From Candidatus Methylopumilus planktonicus (GTDB lineage Bacteria > Pseudomonadota > Gammaproteobacteria > Burkholderiales > Methylophilaceae), in NCBI RefSeq assembly GCF_006364715.1, contig NZ_CP040984.1, forward strand, positions 421,446 through 453,445: a stretch of DNA of 32,000 bases. Reading direction: 5' to 3'. The translations under genes were made by a program, and so were the position numbers. Numbering within the stretch: the stretch's first letter is position 1; each line of letters opens with the position of its first letter. The notes under the pieces were generated by a model. That model saw only the letters and a list, made by a program, of their open reading frames with translations, ran no database searches and was not told the DNA's origin. Of the stretch, positions 15,481 to 21,464 are shown in pieces.

Positions 15481-15640
15481 TGGCTGTAGGATGGGGTGAC
15501 TCTGAACAACGTTTTTAAGAGTCCGCTGCTCTACCAGCTGAGCTAATCCCCCAGAAAGTGATATTTTACAGTAATTGTGGGCGTTGTAGAGGGGGTAGGT
15601 GGGGGGATTTTGGCAGGGGTGGAATGGGGGTGTGTTGAAA
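15481..15640 (-). pseudogene. tRNA-Lys relic copy 4 (perfect 5' 38 nt, decayed 3' half) plus a leader copy
   Basis: 15515-15552 is identical to tRNA positions 1-38. On the tRNA strand the continuation is AAACGTTGTTCAGAGTCACCCCATCCTACAGCCA against the tRNA's TCCGTTTGTCGCGAGTTCGACCCTCGCATCCCCCACCA, with ordered blocks CGTT, GAGT, ACCC, CATCC and CCA. 15553-15640 is the G-rich leader. Confidence 0.65.
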
Positions 15641-15643
15641 AGC

Positions 15644-16393
15644 TCAATTACACTTCCAAATTGTAAATTCACTTTCTGGGCTATTTGGGGTAATTAAAAC
15701 TGTAAATCGATTTGAAGTGGCTCGAGTTACTAAAATGCCATAATCAATCAAAGAGTTTTTTGCTGCTAATTTTTCGGCAGTTTCCCAAACATGGTCCAAA
15801 TTTTTTACGTATGTAAAAATATATGCATTAAATTTATTTTTTACTTTTGGATCAATTCGAACCAAATGAACATGCAGCTGATTTTGACTGCGATGAGTTT
15901 TTGGATTTACTGCTAAAGCTATTAAATTTGGCTCAATAATTTTTTTAGAGGTTTCCCACGCAAATTGCCAGATTTCTTCTTGACGCCTTATATCTTCAAT
16001 CCCTGTCACCTCTGATCTAGGCATTGTTAAACCATGAATAAAGTCTTTAGAACAACCACACATTTTAATGTCTCGAATAGAAACAAATTGTTCATTTTCA
16101 GACCAAATTTCAGTAGTATTTTTGCAGTCTTGAGGATTTCCACAACTACTATCAATTCTAGGAGATACACATTGATTGCAATAATTTTGAGTTTTTGGAT
16201 TTATGCATTGCGTGGCAATATTTAATAGGATATCGCTTCTAGAAATTTCTAGCGCAAAACTTGGATAAATTGATCCAAGTAAAAGAATAACAAGAATAGA
16301 GCGTTGTATTTTTTTTACTATTTCGAGATAACTAATTATTTGTTTTTTTAAAAAAAATAAATGATAAAAAGAGGCTGAAATTTTTTTATACAT
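15644..16393 (-). CDS. cdh: CDP-diacylglycerol pyrophosphatase family protein
   Basis: 249 aa. AVNPKTHRSQNQLHVHLVRIDPKV matches the Cdh HIT-like motif (INS..GRTQNHFHIHISCIRPDV in E. coli Cdh). It has an N-terminal hydrophobic anchor or signal. Confidence 0.75.
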   Translation of the reverse strand: MYKKISASFYHLFFLKKQIISYLEIVKKIQRSILVILLLGSIYPSFALEISRSDILLNIATQCINPKTQNYCNQCVSPRIDSSCGNPQDCKNTTEIWSENEQFVSIRDIKMCGCSKDFIHGLTMPRSEVTGIEDIRRQEEIWQFAWETSKKIIEPNLIALAVNPKTHRSQNQLHVHLVRIDPKVKNKFNAYIFTYVKNLDHVWETAEKLAAKNSLIDYGILVTRATSNRFTVLITPNSPESEFTIWKCN

Positions 16394-16416
16394 CTGAAAT
16401 TACCGGAGATTTTGGA

Positions 16417-16449
16417 TAAAAAAATAGGGCACCTAACTTCATGCCCTAT
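16417..16449 (-). terminator. intrinsic terminator of the fasciclin gene
   Basis: Stem ATAGGGCA (16424-16431) / TGCCCTAT (16442-16449), with a T-run on the minus strand. Confidence 0.7.
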
Positions 16450-16491
16450 TAGATTATTTCTACTTAATTTTCTCTATGACAAAATTAATTA

Positions 16492-16959
16492 TTATTTAGG
16501 CATTAAAACTGTGTCAATAACGTGGATCACACCGTTAGAGGCATCAATATCAGTTGCCGTAACTTTTGACATATTAACGACAACACCATTAGCAGTCGTA
16601 ATTTTGATTGTTTTGCCATTCACTGTTGCTACATCACCAGCTTTTACATCCTTAGCCATAATTTTTCCTGGCACTACATGGTAAGTTAAAACTGCTGATA
16701 ACTTTTCTTTGTTAGCTAATAATGCATCTAAGTCAGCTTTTGGGATTTTTGCAAACGCTTCATCTGTTGGTGCAAAAACAGTAAATGGACCTTTGCCTTT
16801 TAAAGTATTTACTAAGTCAGCTGTTTTTAGCGCTACTACTAATGTTTTAAAATTACCAGCTGCAACAGCAGTATCTACAATATCCTTAGCAGCAAAAGCT
16901 GTTAGAGATGAGATAGCTAAGATTGAGCCTATGAGAATTGATGCAAAAGTGCGCTTCAT
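16492..16959 (-). CDS. secreted fasciclin (FAS1) domain protein
   Basis: 155 aa with signal peptide [26 protein letters not shown]1 motifs are [10 protein letters not shown] and [11 protein letters not shown]. Confidence 0.88.
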   Translation of the reverse strand: MKRTFASILIGSILAISSLTAFAAKDIVDTAVAAGNFKTLVVALKTADLVNTLKGKGPFTVFAPTDEAFAKIPKADLDALLANKEKLSAVLTYHVVPGKIMAKDVKAGDVATVNGKTIKITTANGVVVNMSKVTATDIDASNGVIHVIDTVLMPK

Positions 16960-17391
16960 TAATTATTCCTTTTCAGTTATTAAGATTATGTTGAGTAGAT
17001 CAACATTGATAATCTATCCAAAAAGTATTTAAGATTTGTGACAGGACATTAATATTCACAGTAATTAGTTTTTTTTATAATTAAGTTATTGTAGAATTAA
17101 TTTTGTATCAGAAGTCTCCTTAAATAACCTTCGCGAACTTATTTAATAGCCCCTTCAATGGGGCTATGTCTTGTCTAATCTCTGCACATGAAAACACTTA
17201 AAACAATTCAAAAATTTATCTCTGATTATTTGCCACTAAAAATCTCAATAGAAAATATTAGATTTATTCTTATTTTTTTAATACTCTTATTTACAGCTTT
17301 GCTTTTGGCAGGCCTCATTGAATATAACAGTAAAAACTTCTGACGGTTGTTTCAAAAAGTCGTTTAAAACGAATTTTTTTGTCATCATTAA

Positions 17392-17484
17392 CTGACATAA
17401 ATATTTCATCATAATTTCACAATCAACAGATATTGTGTAAATGTTCTCCAAAGAATACTTGCCCTCGTAATGAGGGCTTTTTTT
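17392..17484 (+). promoter_or_regulatory. conserved 93-bp promoter/leader block ending in an intrinsic terminator (copy L2)
   Basis: Starts CTGACATAAATA and ends GCCCTC-GTAAT-GAGGGC-T7. It is 77/93 identical, ungapped, to 20239-20331. Confidence 0.6.
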
Positions 17485-17497
17485 ACTAGAAATATCT

Positions 17498-17764
17498 ATG
17501 AATAAACTTGAATACAATTGTGATCTACTAAAAACTACTCGCGAAAGCAAGAAGATTACAGCACATAGTATCGCCGTTGATATATGTTTAGCTGAGCGTC
17601 AGATTAAGTCTTTAGAAGAAAATAGTCTTCAATACTTTCCCTCTCAATCCATCAAATACACAGCTTTAAAAAAATATATAGCCGCACTGGGATTAAAAAT
17701 TGATGACGTTATCGTTAACATTAATCAAATTGATCCAATACCCAGCTTATTAAAGAAGAAATAA
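17498..17764 (+). CDS. RodZ-N-terminal-like HTH protein, paralog 2
   Basis: 88 aa and collinear with 7410..7676 (for example DICLAERQIKSLEENSLQYFPSQSIKYTALKKYIAALGLK). Confidence 0.7.
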   Translation: MNKLEYNCDLLKTTRESKKITAHSIAVDICLAERQIKSLEENSLQYFPSQSIKYTALKKYIAALGLKIDDVIVNINQIDPIPSLLKKK

Positions 17765-17768
17765 GCCT

Positions 17769-18179
17769 ATGAAATTTAAATATACAATTTTGCTTTTTGC
17801 ATGGGTTATAAGTTCTTCTTTATCCCATGCGTCTGATTTCGATTCCCTGTCAGAGCTTATTCAAAAAGGTAAGGAAACCGAAGCAATTGCAAAAATTAAT
17901 CGGTATATACAAAAATACCCAAACGACCCCAAGGTAAAATTTATTTATGGGGCAACCCTTGACCATTTTGGTAGGACACAAGAAGCCAAAAAAGTTTTTT
18001 TACATTTAAATCGTAAATACCCAAATAATCCTACTATTAAGAATAATCTTGGTGTTCTCTATGCAAAGCTGGGTGAATACAGTGCTGCTTATACTTTTTT
18101 TGGATCTGCCTTGAGATTGAAACCTAATTATCAAGAAGCTAAAAATAATCAATGGCTTGTTCAACAGAAGATTAACTAA
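17769..18179 (+). CDS. secreted TPR-repeat protein (variable middle gene of cassette 2)
   Basis: 136 aa with a signal peptide ending SLSHA. TPR-like repeats include NNLGVLYAKLGEYSAAYTFFGSALRLKPNYQEA. Confidence 0.7.
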   Translation: MKFKYTILLFAWVISSSLSHASDFDSLSELIQKGKETEAIAKINRYIQKYPNDPKVKFIYGATLDHFGRTQEAKKVFLHLNRKYPNNPTIKNNLGVLYAKLGEYSAAYTFFGSALRLKPNYQEAKNNQWLVQQKIN

Positions 18180-18186
18180 TTTTTAT

Positions 18187-18516
18187 ATGAGCCAAAAAGA
18201 TCCTGTATTTTTAAGTGTATGTGAATATATACAAGCTAATGTTAAATCTAAAATCACCATGTCAAATCTTGAGAGGTACGCTGCGCTTTCTGGAAGAGCT
18301 TTACAGTTAAAATTTAAGAAATATCTAAACAAAACACCCTTTCAATACATACAAGAACAAAAGATGTTAAAGGCGCATGAGTTAATTAAGGAATATCAAT
18401 GCTCTAAAACAATCTCAGAAATTGCTCTTGAATTAAAATTTAGCCATTTAGGAAGATTTTCTGTGAACTTCAAAAAAAGGTTTGGCATTTATCCTTCAGT
18501 TTTAGCTCGATCTTGA
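18187..18516 (+). CDS. stand-alone AraC/XylS-type HTH regulator, paralog 2
   Basis: ATG 18187 (MSQKDPVF...) gives 109 aa, the same length as paralog 1. The track start at 18157 overlaps the TPR gene. The last 70 nt are 68/70 identical to 8317-8386. Confidence 0.8.
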   Translation: MSQKDPVFLSVCEYIQANVKSKITMSNLERYAALSGRALQLKFKKYLNKTPFQYIQEQKMLKAHELIKEYQCSKTISEIALELKFSHLGRFSVNFKKRFGIYPSVLARS

Positions 18517-18527
18517 TTTATCTAAAC

Positions 18528-18544
18528 CGTCAAAACTTTTTACG
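18528..18544. repeat. degenerate copy of the CGTCAAAA-N-TTTTGACG palindrome
   Basis: CGTCAAAACTTTTTACG sits 12 nt after the AraC-like stop, in the same position as 8401-8417. Confidence 0.45.
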
Positions 18545-18572
18545 CTTGTTTTAATTACTTAAAGCGACTTAT

Positions 18573-18731
18573 TTAATCTTGAAATTGCGCTCTTAGTTTC
18601 ATCAGATTCTCTCTCCATTCAGCAAGGCATTCTTCTCTCAAATACCAATAATTGAGTTCATTAGCTTCATATTGCTTATAGTCAAAAACCGATGATTTAT
18701 CTGTTGAAGTTGGATTTTCAATATCACTCAT
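18573..18731 (-). CDS. hypothetical 52-aa acidic protein
   Basis: Not in the ORF track. The product is MSDIENPTSTDKSSVFDYKQYEANELNYWYLREECLAEWRENLMKLRAQFQD. It is last in a co-directional three-gene run. Confidence 0.35.
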   Translation of the reverse strand: MSDIENPTSTDKSSVFDYKQYEANELNYWYLREECLAEWRENLMKLRAQFQD

Positions 18732-18743
18732 AAAAGATCCCTA

Positions 18744-18908
18744 TTACTTCTTTTTGCCTTTGTTAAAGTGTCGATATAAGCGATTAACGCTAACTGCCAA
18801 TATAGCTAGTACATTTAATTTCATAGGATCTAAATTACTTAAATTAAAATAAACAGCAAGACCCCACAGAATACCAATGATTGCATTTACATTTTGTTCT
18901 TTAAACAT
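18744..18908 (-). CDS. hypothetical 54-aa membrane peptide
   Basis: Not in the ORF track. The product is MFKEQNVNAIIGILWGLAVYFNLSNLDPMKLNVLAILAVSVNRLYRHFNKGKKK, with two hydrophobic stretches. It starts 17 nt after the stop of the upstream gene. Confidence 0.35.
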   Translation of the reverse strand: MFKEQNVNAIIGILWGLAVYFNLSNLDPMKLNVLAILAVSVNRLYRHFNKGKKK

Positions 18909-18924
18909 TTTATAAACCTTTCAT

Positions 18925-19299
18925 TTAGTTTTGTGTTGGTGGGTTTTTAGCTGGCGTAACTTTTTTTGGTCTTTTAGCCCTTGGTTTTGCCTTAGTGCTT
19001 GATTTTGTTTTAGCTTTGGCTTTCACTGGAGCCGCAACACTTAATTTTTTAGCAATACTACTAAGTGAAGTTGTTAATGATTTAGCAAGCCTTTCTGCTT
19101 CAGCTTTTCTTTTCTTTTGTGTCACTTTGTCACTACTCTTGATAGCGCTAATGGATGCTTTTTGCTGTGCTTGCATTTCTGCTCTTAGAAAAGCATCTAA
19201 CGCTTTAGCGATATTATTAACCTTCTTATTGTTAGAAGGTTTGGTTTTACTCTTTGTTGCTACGATCTTTTTGACTACTTTTTTTGAATTTTTTTTCAT
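18925..19299 (-). CDS. Lys/Ala-rich histone H1-like nucleoid-associated protein
   Basis: 124 aa with extreme K/A content and AKxK-type repeats (PVKAKAKTKSSTKAKPRAKRPKK). Confidence 0.55.
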   Translation of the reverse strand: MKKNSKKVVKKIVATKSKTKPSNNKKVNNIAKALDAFLRAEMQAQQKASISAIKSSDKVTQKKRKAEAERLAKSLTTSLSSIAKKLSVAAPVKAKAKTKSSTKAKPRAKRPKKVTPAKNPPTQN

Positions 19300-19431
19300 G
19301 TCTTACCCCCCAGAGGATAAAAAGTCTTTATTAATAAATGTCATACTAATGTCACAATAAAAGTGTAGGGAATATTTTATAAAAAAACAATATCCGCTTG
19401 CCACTTTTAAAGCACTAAATTTTAGACTTGA

Positions 19432-19538
19432 TTGACATAAATCAATCTCATTTGATAGAGTGCGGGTTCGTTTCATATACGTCTCTGTAGTACAGCATTC
19501 CAAGTTCGTATGCAGCCCCAGCAATGGGGCTTTTTTTT
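19432..19538 (+). promoter_or_regulatory. promoter TTGACATAAAT... plus about 75-nt leader ending in a strong intrinsic terminator (L4)
   Basis: TTGACA at 19432-19437, N18, then TAGAGT. The terminator is GCCCC-AGCAAT-GGGGC followed by T8 (19515-19538). It lies 73 nt upstream of the 19612 gene. Confidence 0.5.
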
Positions 19539-19611
19539 CGTCTGTAATATTGCCTTCATATTGAGTATTTAATATAGCTGAACACTAGAAAATATAACAA
19601 AGGTTTAAGGT

Positions 19612-19800
19612 ATGAAGAAAAAAGGTTTTTATGATTATTTGAAACAACAAGCAGGCGAGGGAATTCACTATATATATTGCGCTCATTGTAAGGTCGATGC
19701 AGATTATATTGGCGACAGGCTAGAAAGACATTTACCTTCTTGCGAATATCGTATTAATAAACAAAAGACATTTGAAGAAAGTTACTCTTTTTCAGGGTAA
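19612..19800 (+). CDS. C2HC zinc-finger-like mini-protein, paralog 1
   Basis: 62 aa with C-x2-C-x13-H-x3-C. It shares the block LERHLPSCEYR with 19953..20135. Confidence 0.55.
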   Translation: MKKKGFYDYLKQQAGEGIHYIYCAHCKVDADYIGDRLERHLPSCEYRINKQKTFEESYSFSG

Positions 19801-19952
19801 ATTTTTGTCATAAAAGTTTTATATTAGTCGTGTTTAATACTCGTGAAGCTATCGGCTTCTCCTAAAAAATCTTTCTTTTATTATTAATAACCCCTGCCAA
19901 AACATTAAGGGGTTATGCCTTTATTGAAGAGTTATTTTAATGGAGAATTTAA

Positions 19953-20135
19953 ATGAGCAATCCAATATCAAGTTCAAACATTCCTAATGCTAAATGTTCT
20001 TTTTGTGGCATTGATACTGAAATTAGTAATAAACTAGAGCGTCATCTGCCTAGTTGCGAATATAGAAAAAATACTGAGCATTATATTGAAAAGATTGACC
20101 CTCATTTTAATTTTCATAGTTGGACAGAAGACTAA
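19953..20135 (+). CDS. C2HC zinc-finger-like mini-protein, paralog 2
   Basis: 60 aa with C-x2-C-x12-H-x3-C and the identical LERHLPSCEYR block. An SD (GGAGA) lies 7 nt upstream. Confidence 0.55.
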   Translation: MSNPISSSNIPNAKCSFCGIDTEISNKLERHLPSCEYRKNTEHYIEKIDPHFNFHSWTED

Positions 20136-20238
20136 TTCATTCTGCAATCAGTCAAAGAGATAAAAAATACTTTTTAGGCCAAAAAAACCCATTTAATGAC
20201 ATATGACGTTGAGAGTAGAATTGAGATGTATTTGATAG

Positions 20239-20331
20239 TTGACATAAATACTTCATCTCAAGGTCACAATCAATAGTTATTCTAGATTCGTTCTCCAAAG
20301 AATATTTGCCCTCGTAAAGAGGGCTTTTTTT
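20239..20331 (+). promoter_or_regulatory. conserved 93-bp promoter/leader/terminator block (copy L3)
   Basis: Starts TTGACATAAATA and ends GCCCTC-GTAAA-GAGGGC-T7. It is 77/93 identical to 17392-17484, and the mismatch within the terminator hairpin (position 80) falls in the loop. Confidence 0.6.
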
Positions 20332-20449
20332 CCCAAAGATTATGTCTCTAAAACATATATTACAAGGGGACGGTAGATCCAATAGTCCTTGTATTAACAA
20401 ACTCCAATACCTAGGCCTATTTAAGTAAAGAATTTCTTCTAACCTTATT

Positions 20450-20836
20450 TTGGTGTTTGATATCGATAATTTTGAATATAACTTTGAGCTTCTTAAAAAG
20501 ACGCGTGAAGATAAACAAATGAGCAAGCTCGAAATGGCTCATCAACTATGCTTATCTGTAAATCAAATTGATTCCATTGAAGAGAATAGCTTTAGATACT
20601 TTCCGGCAGAATCTATAAAGTTCGCAGCAGTCAAAAAATATGTATTAGCACTTAATTTGGATTTAGATCAGGTAATAATAAAAGAAGACGAGGTGGCTCC
20701 GCTTAATGCCCCCTCAACAGTTCCTTCATTACTCTCAAAAGAAAAAAATAAGATTAAAAAAGGCACTTACAGAAACAAAGCCAATGAATTAAGAAAAGCA
20801 TGGCAAGACTTGTTGCGTAGATTGCTTAAAAATTAA
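20450..20836 (+). CDS. RodZ-N-terminal-like HTH protein, paralog 3 (longer, basic C-terminal tail)
   Basis: 128 aa with a TTG/GTG start (20450/20453). DNFEYNFELLKKTRE...NQIDSIEENSFRYFPAESIKFAAVKKYVLALNL is collinear with paralogs 1 and 2. Confidence 0.65.
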   Translation: MVFDIDNFEYNFELLKKTREDKQMSKLEMAHQLCLSVNQIDSIEENSFRYFPAESIKFAAVKKYVLALNLDLDQVIIKEDEVAPLNAPSTVPSLLSKEKNKIKKGTYRNKANELRKAWQDLLRRLLKN

Positions 20837-20900
20837 TCGAATGACAATTAGCTATATAAATCAAAGTGCTTATATGTTTATCAAAAATTAACACACAGAC

Positions 20901-20922
20901 TTATCCACAGATTTTGTGGATA
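20901..20922. promoter_or_regulatory. inverted pair of DnaA-box-like 9-mers
   Basis: TTATCCACA (20901-20909) is a perfect consensus. After a 4-nt spacer comes TTGTGGATA (20914-20922), the reverse complement of TATCCACAA. Confidence 0.4.
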
Positions 20923-21071
20923 CATTCATTCATACAAGTATTAATCCTTTGTCATAATTCTAAAAAGCTTCTTAGCCCCGTAATCAAGCGTTCATAATTT
21001 CTTCTCTAAAACATCACAATTCATTACTAATATAGGTATTACTGATTAATTAACTTTAAAGGCTCCTACCT

Positions 21072-21464
21072 ATGACAACCCTTGCTGAAATACTAGTAAA
21101 TTCCAAAAGAAAATTCTTTAACAACGTGATCCGTCAGGAATTAGATCATTTCCCAATATCACCAAAGCTTATTCAGGAAATCGATGATGTATATACTCTT
21201 GATTTTTTAGAACCTAGCTTTAAGGATCTTGAGCGAATAAAAAAACCTACACCTTATATGATTGTTGAGATGATGGAAGAGTGGGTAGCGGTATCTAATT
21301 TAGATGAGTATCTATATAACAACTATCCAAAAGACTGGTCAGCCATACAAGATATTATTTTCTTTAACTTAAGAGATGAGTTATTGAATGCGCATCACAC
21401 CTTCCATCAAGAAACAAAATTTGATGATGATTACGGATTAAATGAAATGGCTTTTTACTTCTAA
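21072..21464 (+). CDS. hypothetical acidic protein, tandem paralog A
   Basis: 130 aa, collinear with the next gene (L..L....K.F......EL..F..S.KL..EID..Y..D.LE..F..LE... NY..DW.AI.D.I..NL..EL.NAH). Confidence 0.5.
   Translation: MTTLAEILVNSKRKFFNNVIRQELDHFPISPKLIQEIDDVYTLDFLEPSFKDLERIKKPTPYMIVEMMEEWVAVSNLDEYLYNNYPKDWSAIQDIIFFNLRDELLNAHHTFHQETKFDDDYGLNEMAFYF

Larger units (their letters stand above)
9326..15514 (-). mobile_element. integrase-bearing integrative element bounded by tRNA-Lys relic copies 3 and 4
   Basis: The tyrosine integrase at 14135..15373 abuts relic copy 4. Cargo is small hypothetical genes plus a second, small recombinase with its own palindromic sites. Confidence 0.7.

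Noticed and set aside
7166-15640. The repeated roughly 100-130-bp units as a CRISPR array or integron attC series.
   Set aside because: The units are tRNA-derived and far longer than CRISPR repeats. Their spacing is 0.7-6 kb and irregular. No cas genes or intI-type integrase with attI are present, and the units lack attC-type R''-L''/L'-R' symmetry.
16398-16418. A shared short motif AAATTACCGGAG / CCGGAGATTT(T)GGA seen at 16398-16418, 22798-22815 and, as reverse complement, at 23161-23172.
   Set aside because: The matches are only 12-17 nt. At 23161-23172 it is simply the GGAG ribosome-binding context of the 22895..23152 gene. There is too little evidence to call it a repeat family.
16412-17032. 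Plus-strand ORFs 16412..16684 and 16709..17032.
   Set aside because: They are antisense to the well-supported fasciclin gene (signal peptide and FAS1 motifs). Their low-complexity A/V/T-rich translations are typical of antisense frames.
17441-17470. A 9-codon mini-ORF (MFSKEYLPS) overlapping the L2 terminator, suggestive of leader-peptide attenuation.
   Set aside because: The ATG is not conserved in the otherwise homologous L3 block (TCG at the same position). A leader peptide therefore cannot explain the conservation.
17287-17550. Minus-strand ORFs 17287..17550 and 20152..20526 share KKSP.YEGKYSLEN...DC...MKYLCQL, which looks like a conserved protein.
   Set aside because: The shared part is the antisense reading of the conserved 93-bp leader/terminator block and of the conserved N-termini of the plus-strand HTH genes. 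Similarity stops exactly at the block edge (after MKYLCQL), and the remaining residues are unrelated. No SD is present.
20901-20922. A chromosomal replication origin inferred from the DnaA boxes.
   Set aside because: There are only two boxes. No AT-rich 13-mer-type unwinding repeats were noted, no dnaA/dnaN/gidA-type neighbours are present, and the site lies within accessory DNA. It is retained only as a possible regulatory or relic site.
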